Shown here piece by piece: positions 1 to 37,003 of a stretch of DNA of 64,000 nucleotides. The translations under genes and the position numbers were made by a program. Position 1 is the stretch's first letter. Each line of letters starts with the position of its first letter. This DNA comes from Amoebidium appalachense. Taxonomy: Eukaryota > Protista > Ichthyosporea. The stretch spans positions 1,659,979 through 1,723,978 of the forward strand of contig CAVNZM010000007.1 in the NCBI GenBank assembly GCA_963693365.1, written 5' to 3'. The notes beneath the pieces are model-generated. The model was not told where the DNA came from. It ran no database searches and saw only the letters and a program-made list of their open reading frames with translations.

Positions 1-21
1 AAAAACGTTATAGAGCTAACC

Positions 22-56
<35 letters not shown>

Positions 57-348
57 CCACCCTCCCCCCCCCCCTTCTTCCCCCCTCCCCCACCCCCACC
101 CCCCTTCACCACTGCCACCAGTTTCACCACCCCCAACTTCTCGGACCCCCCCCCCCCCCCTCCTCCTCCCCTATCATCTCCCAACCTCACTACTCCCTCT
201 CCTTTCCCCTCCCCAAACCACACACACACACACACACACACATGCACACACACACAGGCTCTACACCCCTTCATCACACCTCCACCCGCCCACCTTTCAC
301 CCCACCCTACCCCTCCCGTTTTCTTTTTGCCCTTTCACACCAAACGAT

Positions 349-450
349 CCCCCTTTTCAGAATGGCCTCTGCTTATTACACATAATTTTGCAACCTGCAT
401 TGTGTTGACCCCCATGAATGTGTACTTCGTATTCTGTAACATATTCTAAC
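349..450 (+). mobile_element. Copy of the intronic ~155-bp element, followed by poly-C (PMCA intron)
   Basis: cccttttcagaatggcctctgcttattacacata..ctgcattgtgttgacccccatgaatgtgtacttcgtattctgtaacatattctaac-C(n). Aligns by eye to the reverse complement of 55788-55942. Confidence 0.75.
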
Positions 451-595
451 CCCCCCCCCCCCCCCCCCCCCCCCCCACCACCACCACCACCACCACCATC
501 CACCAACCCACCCCACACCCCCGCCCCTCTCCCCCCCCCCCCCCCCCCCCCCCCCCCCCACCACCACCACCACCACCAACCAAATAAACACCCAG

Positions 596-2821
596 ACGGC
601 ACCTCCGGCTACCGGCTGCACATTAAGGGGGCCAGTGAGATGGTGCTGGGCCGCTGTACTCGCATGCTATTGGCTGACGGTCATGTGGGCCCACTGACCG
701 ACCAGGTCAGGCGGGAGGTGTTGGCTCGTATCGAGAGCTATGCCCGTGAAAGTACGTTAACCAATCCCTCCCCCCTCCCCCTCCCCCTCCCCTTCCCCCC
801 CCCCCCCTTTTTCCCCGGCGCGCCACGATGCACATTGTGTGTGTGCTCTTTTTTGTGTTGTGTGCTCCGTCGTGAATGTGTTTTTTATCTACTGTAACAT
901 ATTCCCCCCTCCAACCCCCCCTCTCCCTCCCACCTCATACCCTTGTCTTTGAGGTCCCCACCTCTTTCCTACCTGTCTGCCTTTTTGGCCCCTATTATAA
1001 CTTGTTCGGATTTTCTTGTTTTGTTCTTGGGGTTATGGAGACGGGGGAGTGGGCGGGGTAGTACAAGGAGGGATCTGATGGGCAAGACAGGGTTGTTAGA
1101 CATATTCGAGGGGGGGGGGGGGGGGGGGGTAACAAGCCATCCCACGATCACAAACTATCACCTAAGCTTTGATGTGCACCTGTTTTTCGATGCATGTGTT
1201 TCTGACACCCCCCCCCCCCCCCCCCCTTTCCCCTCTCTACTCCGCCCCATCCCGTGCCCCTGCCCCCCCCCCCCCCCCCCCCCCCCGCGACCACCGCCGC
1301 CCACCTTCCCACCCACCCTCCGTCCCACCCACCCACCCCTCCCCCTCTCCCCCCCCCCCTGCCCCCATCCCTTTTCACTCTTCCCCTTTTCATATCCCCC
1401 GCCCCTCCCTCTTCTCTCTCCTCCCCCCACTATCCCCCACCACCCCATCCCCCCCCCCCCCCCCCCCCACCCTTCCCACCCTTCCCTCCCCTCCAGGCCT
1501 GCGTACACTTGTCCTTGCCTATCGCGAATTCACTGACAATCGCGATTGGGAGACCGTTCCAGCCGAAGAAATCGATTGCGATCTGATTATGATTTGCGTT
1601 GTTGGTATTGAAGATCCCGTCCGGCCCGAGGTTCCGGGTGCGATTGAAAAATGTGGCCATGCGGGAATCGCTGTGCGTATGGTGACAGGGGATAATGTGA
1701 TCACGGCCACGGCAATTGCAAAGAAATGTGGAATTTTGACTAGTGATAGGGATTTGGTTATGGAGGTATGTGCATGCACATATATGCATACACACACGCA
1801 CGCTTGCACGCACACACACGCGCGGTCAGACACCAGCTTACACGCACAAACACGCACACCCACACGCGCGCGCACACACACACAGAGATTCACACACATA
1901 TACACACACACACTTCCCTCCTCCCACCTTCTCTCTCCTCTCCTTTCTCTCTCTCCTCTCCCCTCTCTCTCTCCTCTCCCCCCCCCGGTCCCTTCCCCCT
2001 CCCCCCCTCCTCCCCCCTTGCTCTCTGCTCCCTCACAAAAGTGAAAACAACAAACACCCCTGCATTCTCCCCCTTCCCCGCCCCCCTCTCACCCCTTCCC
2101 CCACTACATAAAAAGACATCAAAACAAACCCACTTCGTGCCTTAATCCCCAACATTCCTAAAACTTACATTTTTAGCCACCTGATCTCCAACCAATCAAA
2201 ACACATCCACACAGGGTCCGGAATTCCGCCGCCGCGTTCTCGACAACGAAGGAAAAATCCGTCAAATCGAAATGGACAAAATTTGGCCCCGGCTCCGCGT
2301 TTTGGCCCGTTCCTCCCCTACGGACAAATACACCCTCGTTTCTGGAATTCTCCAAAGTAAAATCTCCGAGCAGGTGGTGGCCGTTACAGGGGACGGAACC
2401 AATGACGCACCTGCGTTAAAACGTGCCGATGTCGGGTTTGCCATGGGGATTCAGGGAACTAGTGTGGCAAAGAATGCGAGTGATATTATTCTGATGGATG
2501 ATAACTTCAACTCTATTGTCGTGGCTGTAAAGTGGGGACGTGAGTATCCAGCTCCCCCCCCCCCCCCCCCCCCCCCTCCCCCCCCCCCCCTCCCCCTCCC
2601 CCCCCCCCCCCCCTCCCCACCACCACCCCCTCCTCCCCTCCCCCCCCTCCTCCCCCCTCCCCGGGCGACACACACACACACACACACCATCTCGAACCCC
2701 CCAACCATCACCATCACGTCGTTCCTCACACTTATCAGAAGGCCCCCACAAGTACGTACTTCATTTTGTTAAATGAGCCTCCCCCCCCCCCCCCCCCCCC
2801 CCCCCTCCCCCCCCCCCCCCC

Positions 2822-2869
<48 letters not shown>

Positions 2870-3721
2870 AAACCTCCCAATTTCATAACCCAGAAGACAG
2901 ACCCCCCCCCCCCCCCCCCTTCTTCATTCACCACACCACAACCTGTGCTCGTTGTCTTTCCACCCAATGGTTGTCAATCTGGGGCTATATTTCATTTTTA
3001 GGCCTCACTCACAAACTCGCCAGAGAACATTGACTAACCTACCACTTTAGTGTCAGTGCTTAAAATTATTAGTGTTACTCAATTAGTGCTACTAATTCTG
3101 CTACTAATTAGCACTCCGCATCTACACCTCACATATTAGGCACCACACACTGACCTCCCCTCCTCCCCCCTCCCCCCTCCCCCCTCCCCCCTCCCCCCTC
3201 CTCCTCCCCCTCCCCCCTCCCCCCGGGCCCCCCATCCCCCTCCCCCCAATTACGCCCACCAGCTCCTTTTGCAAGTTTGTCACCCCTCCATTTTCCTCCT
3301 CCACTCCATTCCTCCTCCATCAATCGCTCCTCCCTGTTGCCCCCCCAAACCTCCCTCCCCCCTCCCTGCATCCCCTACTATTTATGCACACCCGCCTCTC
3401 ATGCACCCCCTCCCCCCCCCCCCCCCCACACACACACACACCTCTCCCTACCCCCCCCACTCCCCCCCTCCCCCCCGCCCCCCACACACACGCATCTCCC
3501 CCCCCCCCCCCCCCCCCCTACACACACACACAGGCAACGTGTACGACAGTATTGCCAAATTCGTCCAGTTTCAACTCACAGTTAACTTTGTTGCTTTAAT
3601 CGTGGCCTTTGTGTCTGCCTGCATTGTTCGTCAGTCCCCCCTGACTGCCACCCAGCTACTCTGGATTAATCTCGTAATGGACACCCTAGCCTCTCTGGCC
3701 CTCGCAACCGGTATTTTAACC

Positions 3722-3755
<34 letters not shown>

Positions 3756-4348
3756 TGCCCCCCGTCCTCTCCCTCCAGCAATATCAAAATAAGAAAAAAA
3801 TTAGGGATGAAACTGGAATGCAGGGAATGACTTTGGACTTGGCAGCTGTTATCCCCTGCTTAGGTTGCATGTTGTGTGTTTTTTTTTTTTTTTGTTTCTT
3901 TTTTTTGTTGCTTCCCTTTGGTGTACACCGTGGACTCTCACAATGGTATTGAATTCCTCAATGTCCCCAAATTTCAAAGGAGCCCCCCTTGGTGATTTTT
4001 CTCGGAATTGATGCTGTGTTGTTTCAAATTGCTTGGGTGGGGGGTTGAAATTTTCCCCTAACATAATTACTTTAAGTATTGGATTTGGCAGTGTTTATAC
4101 CCCCTGAACTGTGATTCGCAGCATTAAAACTCATATTTCTATGGCTTGCACTTTGAAAACCCCCCAATGCATGTGTGCAGTTTCGGTGCGCCCTAGGTTC
4201 CATGGTTTATCAATCCCAAATCGGACCAAACTCCCCCCCCCCCCCCCCCCCCCCTTCTCCACCCCCCTCCTCTTCCGGCTCATCCTTATCCCTCCCCATC
4301 CTTCAGTCCAACCCATCTCACCCAACTTCCCCCCAATGCATCCTCTTA

Positions 4349-4385
<37 letters not shown>

Positions 4386-4724
4386 CCGGACGACCACCAC
4401 CACCACCACCAACATTTTCCCATCTCTGCCCCTTCCATCTCCCCCAACTTCCCCTCCTCCCCCCTTCCCTCCCGTCCTCCCCAACTTCCCCCCCCTCCCC
4501 CCCCCCCCCCCCCCCCCTCCCCCCCCCCCCCCCCCCTACCTCCCGTCCTCCCCTTTTTTTCTCAGAACGCCCCACGGATGCGCTTCTTGACCGTAAGCCC
4601 TATGGGCGCAACAAGTCACTCATCTCCCGTCGCATGTGGCTGTTTGTGCTGGGTCATTCCCTCTACCAAATCGTTATTCTCTTCTGGATGGCTTACGCCT
4701 CCTACTCGGTATTTTTATCCACCT

Positions 4725-4755
<31 letters not shown>

Positions 4756-5916
4756 ACACACACACACATACACACCCATCCCCCTCCTCCTCCTCCTCCC
4801 CCACTTATAAGTATACATGGCAATTTTACATGTAACTATCCACCACACACGAACATGGTAATTTACCTTCAGACCCCCCTTCTCTTACAGAATGAGTTTA
4901 TTGATTTTCTCTTCAAAATAGAAACAGTCGATATATCACAGGTATCTCGTGAGAAGATACAAAAATCGTTACTCTCGGATACGGAGTAGATAACTACTTA
5001 GATAATCATACACCCGAGAAGCCCGTCAAACATACGATGATTCGACAGATAGTCAATAGACTTAATATCAGGATTATCGAAACACGCCAGACGTAATATC
5101 AGGATTATCGAAACACGCCAGGCGTCTAATTTCTAACGGAAGATATGTGTTTACCTTAAAAGAAGGTTCTGCACAAAGTTGGCATTAAAATCTGCACAAA
5201 ATTGGCATAAAAATCTATGAAATCAAGGGTTACAACGCCAAAACAAACATTTCCAAGCAATATCACAAGAAGGGGTCAGAATTGCAAAATCAGTAAGTGG
5301 AGTAGGTTTACGAGAGGAAGGATGAGTACAATGTAGATAATTTACACAACGACTGAAAAGAAATAGGCGAGTCTCTAATATAAAAAGAAGCACAGGCTCA
5401 AGAGTCACCTCTACCCCTCCCCCCCCCCCCAAAAAAATACAAAACAAAAGTATGCCCTTCTAAATGTGTACTCCGTACTGCGTAACACACTCCCCCCCTC
5501 CCCACCTCCCCCCACCCCGCCCCCCGCCCCTCCCCCTGCGCTTCGTGTATTCCCAATCACCCCCCTCCCCCCCTCCCCCCCTTCCCCTCTTTCCCTTGTT
5601 TTATCGTCACAATCAACGCCCCTACTTACTTATCCTGTCACACCCACAGTTTTTCGGGATTCCCAACGGCAAGGGGCAAGACCGATCAGTCCACTACACG
5701 ATGGTCTTTAACACGTTCGCACTGTGCCAGTTCTTTAACGAAATCAACGCCCGCAAGCTGCACGGGGAGCTGAACGTGTTTAAAGGAATCCACCGTAACC
5801 CCTACTATGTAGTGATCATGGTGCTTCAGTTTGTAGTGCAGATTCTATTGGTGCAGTTTGGCTCGCATGCTTTTAAAGTCATGCCGCTCAACTTGGAGCA
5901 ATGGGGTTGGTATGAA

Positions 5917-5963
<47 letters not shown>

Positions 5964-6288
5964 TTTTGTTATGCATTCTCTGTGTGAAGCTTCACACTCT
6001 GCATTGTATCATTTGCACTCTGCATTGTGCTGTCCGTTTATGATATGATGTATTGCTCGTTAGGACAGTATACCTGGCTCTCTATACCACATTCTAAACC
6101 TCTCCCCCCCCCCCCCCTTCCTGCCCACACACAGGCGCACACACGCACACGTACGCAAACCCGCCCTCCTCCCCCTGCCCCCTCTCCTTTTCAAAGAGCA
6201 CCCCTGATGATGGACTCTGTTCAAGCGTCTTCTACCTTCGTCTTTTCTTCTCTATGTTATCTACCCTTTATGGCAATTTGCATCCATC

Positions 6289-6351
<63 letters not shown>

Positions 6352-7007
6352 AAACGTTCTCTACCAGCCCCGTTGTGTCTAAATCAGTCCACAACTCCCC
6401 TCCCCCCTCCCTCTTTCCCTCTTCTCCCGGTTGACCTGCCCGAGTTCAAATACAGTTTGACTGGATTTCTCTCGCCTGGTGAATTGGCTAAATGAGTCCT
6501 GTCCATCCCCCCCCCCCCCCCTCTCCCCCCACCGCCCCCCACCGCCCCCTCTCGCCCCCGCACATACCCACTTACACCCACTTACACCCACTTATACCCA
6601 TTCACCCTGCCCTGCCCACCGCAGGTGCATCCTGTTTGGTGCACTCGAGCTACCCTGGAACATGGTGCTCCATTTGATGCCCAAGATCATCCCCAAGTCA
6701 TGGAAGGTTAAGATGACGGGACAGTTTGCAAGGAGCCGATTGGTTCGCCGCAGACAGAGATTCCGCACGGTGAACGGCTTTTCCGTGAAGAGAGATGGGA
6801 GACACCCTGACAGCTTGCATCCGCAGATGAGCATAAGGGAGCTTGTTGCTAAGGTGGGTGGATGGGTGTGTGGGTGAGGGGGGGAGGGGGGGGGAGGTGT
6901 GGATGTGTGTGTGTGTGTGTGTGTGTGTCTCTGTGTGTGTGCGAGTGTGCACATATTTGTGCATTTGGGTGGATTTGTGTGTGTGTGTGTGTGTGTTTGC
7001 ATACGTG

Positions 7008-7090
<83 letters not shown>

Positions 7091-7224
7091 CTGTAGTGTG
7101 TGACCGTGAGGGCACTCGTGTGTGGGCGTGTGTGCTTGCGGTTTTTGCCCATTAGCTTCCAACTTGCGTTTTTACATGCTCTTTTGTAATTTCCATGTCC
7201 TGGTCATACGATGCACCTTTGTGG

Positions 7225-7261
<37 letters not shown>

Positions 7262-7694
7262 ACCACCACCACCACCACAACCATTGCCACCACTGCCGCA
7301 TTGCCACCACTGCCGCACTGGCACACACATAACCCGTTGCGATCAACACACGCCACTTGCCACAAATGTCCAGATGGTGCCTCTGGGTTCCTGTTGGGTG
7401 GTTTAGCATTCACCCTTTCCCCAAAAAAGAAGCATAACCCCCTTCTCTCCCAAAGACAGGACTTTTGTGACAAGATGCAAACAATATGGAAAACGGTAAA
7501 ATCTAATCCAAAAACCCAATCTATTTCCACAGGCACAACCGCCATCCTTTTACGAGACCACCCTTCAGGCTGTCATCAACAATTCCACGTCCGAGCCGTC
7601 GGCCCGCCTGCGTGCTGCTGCCCGACTGGTGACGTATAGGGTTAAGGCAGAACTGGAAGAAGAAAGACGGGGAATTGCAGAGGGAAGTTCGTAA
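596..7694 (+). CDS. PMCA: Plasma-membrane Ca2+-transporting P-type ATPase (PMCA, P2B); 3' part of a spliced gene that starts upstream of the window
   Basis: Phase-consistent GT-AG exons: 596-751, 1497-1765, 2215-2539, 3534-3710, 4566-4708, 5650-5909, 6625-6853, 7533-7694 (TAA). Motifs: [66 protein letters not shown] and FNEINARK, typical of P2B Ca pumps. The last exon is the least certain. Confidence 0.95.
5063..5124 (+). repeat. 31-bp tandem duplication inside an AT-rich intronic segment
   Basis: taatatcaggattatcgaaacacgccagRcg x2. A second ~23-bp tandem (tctgcacaaa.ttggcat.aaaa x2) lies at 5168-5213. Confidence 0.9.
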
Positions 7695-8121
7695 ATTAAG
7701 GCAACGGGGCATGGCCAATACCCTAGTTTGGGCAAACTATGTTGTTTGATGCAGGCAAAAAGATTAGTAAATGACTGATGTATTTGGACCAGTGTTCGTT
7801 GCGTTGCCATTGTTGGCCGTGTATTGGTAAACTTTCTAGATATAGGATATATGTACGATATGGTGAGTATGTATCGTGGATCTTTGTATGTAACCCATTG
7901 TGCTAATCATTTTGGACTTCTATCTAGTTAGTACGTGCAAGCTAAAAGCACACGATTAATTCATCGATCACGATATTGGACATGTTTTGGTTTCCTCCCT
8001 CTTCTCCCCTTCTTTTCTTACCCACCCATGTGCACCGGAGGGTCGGTCACATGTACAAAAGTGCTGATATAGAATTTGCGCTTTTAGCGCTAATCCACTG
8101 TGTGGGAACAAAAACATTGTA

Positions 8122-8127
8122 AATAAA
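8122..8127 (+). terminator. Candidate AATAAA polyadenylation signal for PMCA
   Basis: AATAAA ~430 nt after the stop codon, followed by a T-rich tract at ~8156-8183. Confidence 0.35.
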
Positions 8128-8341
8128 CATACATGTTGCTATCCACCCGGTACAGTTTTTTTGTTCTTTTTTCTTTTTATTTTACATATAAGCAACATAG
8201 ACATGTTTGCTGCATCCGCCAAGGATGCGACCACATCATAGCATCATGTACAATATGCAGAGATTTGCTATGTACATGTACCTAGACCTGGTCGGTAAGT
8301 TAAACCCAATTGTTCATGTTCCACATAAACACGTGTACTGC

Positions 8342-8388
<47 letters not shown>

Positions 8389-9322
8389 CCCCACCACCAC
8401 CACCAAAAAAAAAGTAGAAAAAATGAAAAGATAAAAAAAAAAAAAAAAAAAGCCTCTTCCGCCATTCACAATCCACCTCCACCCACCTCTCCATCCACCT
8501 ATGGCCTCCCGTCCACCGCCACTGCAGCTGTGACCAACACCAACCACGTTAACTGACTCACATGACCACGTGCACTCCTATATTAGCAAACATTGTGTGC
8601 ACGCGAGAGTAAAAAAATACGCTGTACATGTATGTAGATTAGGTTTGTTCTGACGCAGACCTTCGAATTCCGACGTACCTAGGTCTTAGGCTAACATTTT
8701 ACGGTGCGAAGTCATCATGCATTCGGATTATACTATGGGCTGAACACGGAAGTGGTCACTTAATGGTGAAGGAAAATGTTGCAATGGCAATGGTAAGTGG
8801 GGTGGTAGCCCATGGGGACGACAAATTCGGGGAGGTGAGGGGGAAAAAATAGGTTAGTATGACAGTGGTGGTGTCCGGAGAGTGTACATGTGTGTGGCAC
8901 TGAGCGCACGCTTGTGTGTGTGTGTGGTGGTGGTGGTGCTGGTGATAATGGGTATGCAAGTGAAGGGTTCAGAATGCATTACAGAGGACGAAGTCAACAC
9001 TCATTAACATGGACAAAACCATGGGTATTACGTAGGTTTTGCAAGCAGAGTACACACACCGAGTACGCATCATAAACAAAACATTTCTCAGCGATCCACA
9101 GAAACGCATTCACACGCACGCACACGTACACACACACGCACGTACACACACACGCACACACGCACGCACACATACGCGCACGCAGGCAATGCATGCTGAA
9201 GTTCGGCGGGTGGATCATCCGTTGTGGTCAGAGACAAGCGCCAGTAGGGTTCATGTATGTGAGCAGATTTCACTGGCAAAAAGTGGGTTGTTTTCAATGG
9301 TGGTGATGGTGGTGGTGGTGGT

Positions 9323-9377
<55 letters not shown>

Positions 9378-9398
9378 CGGCGTGGTGGTGGTGGTGGT

Positions 9399-9440
<42 letters not shown>

Positions 9441-10267
9441 TTGGCTGAATAGACGGTCCATCACTGTATCCTTTCCTTTGCTCAAATCGTGCACCTTTTA
9501 CCATTTACAATAAGCGCCATACCCATGGTTCAAAAACAGCAAACACACACCCTTTGTACATTCGGACATATACTATGAACTCTAAATTTAATGGGAGCTG
9601 CACTTTTCAGCATGGTGACATCCAGCCCTTGGTTTTTATTTTTTAAAAAAGAAAGAAACATATGCATGAGCCTACCGGGAGTCCTCCAGAAAACAGTGCC
9701 GAAAAGACACGGCTGGCTGTGTTTTCCAGCTGTAAGTTTATCACCACATGTACATCCGAGCTGAAGTGAATGCCCATAGTAAGAAATAGGTGTGTAAGGT
9801 GCAACATAAACGTGGTTGGTGCAAAGTGCAGAACAAGCACAAAGAGCGCGAGAAAAAAAACCTCACAGAGAGCCGGATGAGGACACGTTTGCTAAAAAAA
9901 AAAAAATTAAACCTTGGTGTGTGCGTGTGCGCGTGTGCTTGGTGCACGCATGCCTGTGTTTTAGGGAATGGAAACAACGTCATCATGCCTAGTTCCGTTT
10001 TCTCTCTTCAGTAAGAACATACGAACGAACACCACCACCACCACAAAACTAAACAAACAAACAAACAAACAAACAAAAAAAAAGATGGAAAAAAGAGGGG
10101 GAAAAAAAAAAGAAAGAAAGAAAGAAAGAAAAGACACGACGATGTTTCAGTTCCCCGTGTGCGATGCATCAATAGTGTGTGGAGTGTGCAAGAAAGCAAG
10201 AAATATGAGTAGTGATCAACCAAGTGCCTCGATGCGGTTGCTGGTGTTGTCCATGCCCACCACCCCA

Positions 10268-22916
<12,649 letters not shown>

Positions 22917-23105
22917 AGTACAGCCGTTTCCACTAAAAAACTGGAAAAGAGAATGAGGATAAAACTCTTGAACCCAAATTGAAAACGTAGCGAGTCAGCT
23001 GACTGTGCAGCTGTGTCAAAGTTTCCGTGCCGCACAAAAAGTCTATATTGCGCTTTCCCACTATCATTTTGTTCTGTTCCAATCATTATAAAGTATACAT
23101 TATAA

Positions 23106-23113
23106 TGACGTCA
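23106..23113. promoter_or_regulatory. Palindromic CRE-like site TGACGTCA, ~190 bp upstream of the DNAJC2 start, next to a CCAAT at 23079
   Basis: Motif match and position only. Confidence 0.3.
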
Positions 23114-24284
23114 AACGTTTGGAGCTAAGGCACACTTGTTTACGGATCATGATCAGGAGTCAGCAAACGAAGACAACGTGAAAGACTGAAATGTCCGTGT
23201 CACACCTTGGTTCAGTACACAGATGGGAGTTCAATAATGACACAATGGTGTTTTTACATACTGAGACTATAATCGCATCTACTTAGGTTCTCAGACTCAA
23301 ACAACAGGAGCACTAGTATGTGGTAGATCTGAGTAGGTGACCGGTCACATGGGTGCACTGAGATCTTGAGATTTGATGACACACGTAAGAAGCTAGCTAT
23401 ACCTACCTTTCGCAGCGTGGGCGGGACACAATCGCACAAAAACAGGGGGAGAGGGAGCTTGAGAAAATAAAGAGAGAGGGAAATGGGAGGGAGGGAGGAA
23501 GGGGGAGGGGGATGAGGAAGGAGTGGAGATCAAGATCGAGAGGTAGTGAGTGAGAGTGATCAGAGGGGAAAGACACGATGTGAGCTTTTATCGATCAATA
23601 CCATTTGAGACACCCTACAAGCAACTGCATCTTCTTGACTCCAGAAAATTGAACGACATCCATGTACTAATGTACTTACAATTACAGGGACAGACCCCAT
23701 GGTCTTACTGGTATGTGGTGCCTGTGTGCTAACAGGATTAACAGCCATAATAATGAAATGAAGAGGTAAATAATGAGTATGTTCTTTTCCCCATGCATGC
23801 AAGAGATCTATTTTCCCTCTGCAAGTTGAAAACCGAGGGGAGTCAACAAAAAAGAAGCCCCCCCCCCCCCCCCCCCCCCCCCGGGGGGGAGGGGCTGCTA
23901 ATTATAAGCCAAAAGGGGGGGGGGGGGGGAGCAAGACAACAGTGTGTTTGGTGTGCACTTGCTCTTGGGTCTACGCCATATAGTACCATAGCGTCCAAAA
24001 AATAACATTGTAAGCTTTCTAACGGTTTCTAAGACATTCGAAATATCAACATTGCCGGCAAGAATTCTACACCACACCCTGGGTAAAACACGGCTAAGTT
24101 TGAGTTTCTAGATTACTCTCATGCTACATTCATAACCATACACAAGTTGGGGCCATAAAAAGAAACACTTTACCAATAAAAGGTAAAACATAGATCAAAG
24201 ACCATACGTGACTGCACAGGCAGTATGAGCCCCCCCCCCCCCCCCCCCCCTCTCCCCCGCCCACCTCTCCCAACCCCAAATAAT

Positions 24285-24356
<72 letters not shown>

Positions 24357-24424
24357 GCGCGCGCGCGCACACACACACACACACATGCGTGCGCACACAC
24401 ACGCACACACGCACACACACATTT

Positions 24425-34680
<10,256 letters not shown>

Positions 34681-35791
34681 GGCTAATGTATGGCGGTTAT
34701 GTTAACTCTTGTGTTCGTACAAGTGGAAGATAAAACTGTGCGTAAACCTGATCCTCAGGGGTAGGCTTCTAAAATGGGGGCTTTTCCGGCTTCTTGCACT
34801 GGCCAATAGTGGTTTGCGCTCTAAAAAATATAACGCCGGCAAGATCGCTTTACCGTAGGGAAAAGACTTTGCAGACTTCCATCAAAAGTACCGTAAGTTA
34901 TAACCACGATACAGCACACTGTTCAAACTGAGATCGGTCACCACTCTGCCAGCAACTGTCCAATGTTGAGAAATTTGAAATCCCCGCTCAAAGAAACATC
35001 CAATCAAAATAATTGTTTGAGTCCATACTTATCAACGAATCAAATGCGAGTGCGACTACACATGATGAATTCCGATGATCTCAGGAATGTCGCTTGACGA
35101 CTGTACTCGCGATCGTAGGGGCCTCATCATGCATTTGAAGGCAGGCTGCTGTACCAGGGTTTTGCATGTAAAATAGAAACTTTCGGATTTAGGAGAATTC
35201 TGAATGATACTGTAGCTTATTGTGCATTTCATCATAGGTTTTACTTGCTTGATATATTGGAAAGTGTACGGCAAACCCTTGCTCCAACGTCCATGGATCC
35301 GTGGGTTCAGGAAAGTTTGTGAGTGTACGGTGCAACCAATCACGGCATTCTTCTCTTTTACCAGATAAGGTAAACATTTTGTAATGCATGATTATACACC
35401 AATCATGTTATGGTTTCGTAAAGCATGCTAGTGCTGCTTGCAATGCACCAAGAACAGGCTGCGGCAGTTACGAGTAAAACTTTCTGCATACGGGTTTCCA
35501 TAATGACTTTTAATACATTATGTAATGAATTTGAAGGTTTTTTTCTTTGAATAAAAAACACTGCTACAATAACTTTGATGTGTCATGCCCAACACCTGTT
35601 TTCAGGACAACCAATCAAAAAATCTCTGCCTGTGAGCCAATCTACCGACGAGTAGTCCATATCAAGCCATTGCCTACATCCACAATTTGAACATTTTGCA
35701 GCTGAGAAAGTTTACATAGTAGTCTCCAAATACACACACCAGAGGTTTTATAACCCTTACAATAGTTGCATTTTTTTACCTAACAACCAAA
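34681..35791. promoter_or_regulatory. Divergent intergenic region between WRAP73 and deoC, rich in CCAAT boxes
   Basis: Head-to-head start codons at 34680 (-) and 35792 (+). CCAAT at 34803, 34960, 35000, 35336, 35399, 35611 and 35637; ATTGG at 35256. The region is free of poly-C/G and microsatellites. Confidence 0.6.
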
Positions 35792-36604
35792 ATGGCGACC
35801 CCCACAACCAAGGAACTGGCCGGTATGATCGACCACACCGTGTTGAAGGCCGACGCTGTTGCCGAGGCTGTGGACCAAGTTTGCGCCGAGGCTGCTGAGC
35901 ACCATTTCTGCAGTGTGTGTGTCAACCCATGCTGGGTTAGTTTTGTAAGTTCCCCTGTGATAGGCAGACCATGTGAACACGCGCGTGGCTACATGTTATA
36001 AATTCAAAGTGCTCGAAGAGGGTGTTTACCTGTTATGCCGCTTGATGTACCTCATGCCCTTCGGAACCACTCTCAGGGGATCTCTCGAAGTCCCTCTCAT
36101 GGAGTTCCTACGGTGCATGGTGGTTTTGTTACCTACCCCCCCCCCTCCCCCTCCCCCCTCCCCCCGCCCGCCCGCCCGCCCGCCCCATCCGTTTACACCC
36201 TCACCATTATGCCAATTGCACACCCTTCCTGTGACATCCACCCTACCCTAAGAACTAAACAAATCCCAGCCCCTCTTCGTTCCTACTCTCAGCACACCTG
36301 CCATGTGCAGGTATTTTTGGTGATGTAAAGGATCAGCAACACCAACACATAAGTGTCTAAACACGAACACTCCGTGCAGTGCGCGGAGAGACTCCGTGGC
36401 ACCGACGTGAAGGTCTGCACAGTTATTGGTTTCCCCCTGGGTGCCACATCTACTGCATCCAAGGCCTTTGAAGCCGCTCAGGCAGTGAACGATGGTGCCG
36501 ATGAGGTGGACATGGTCATTAATATCGGCTGGGTAAAGGACGGCCAGTGGGACAAGGTCAAGGCAGATGTGGCAGAAGTGGTCAAGGTATGCGCTTTTCC
36601 CTCC

Positions 36605-36636
<32 letters not shown>

Positions 36637-36970
36637 TCCCCCCCCCCCCAAACACACACACACATACACACACACACACACACACACCCTCACCTACCCT
36701 CTCAGCCCACCGCTGTTTGCGCCTAGGCCCACACATTCGTTTACTGCTTGACCCGATTGCCCCTCCTCCTCCTCCTCCTCATCCCCCCCCCCCCCCCCTA
36801 ATCCCCCACCCACCCACCCCACTCCACCACCCCTGCCCGCATCTTGAATATGCTCTAGCCTTGTGGCCGCCGGACTTCTTTCGTCAATTTTTTTACGCAT
36901 ATCTGCTGTGCTTTGTCCGGTGTGGCAACACCTCCATCCCCCCCCCCCCCCCCCCCCTCCCTCCCCCCAA

Positions 36971-37003
<33 letters not shown>

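Noticed and set aside
446-453. CTAACCC as a telomeric repeat seed
   Set aside because: Single occurrences only, with no tandem TTAGGG array in the window. It is better explained as the element end plus a C run.
5063-5124. Short direct repeats resembling a CRISPR array (also 44976-45039 and 10797-10859)
   Set aside because: Only two units each, mostly without spacers, in a eukaryotic intron and with no cas genes.
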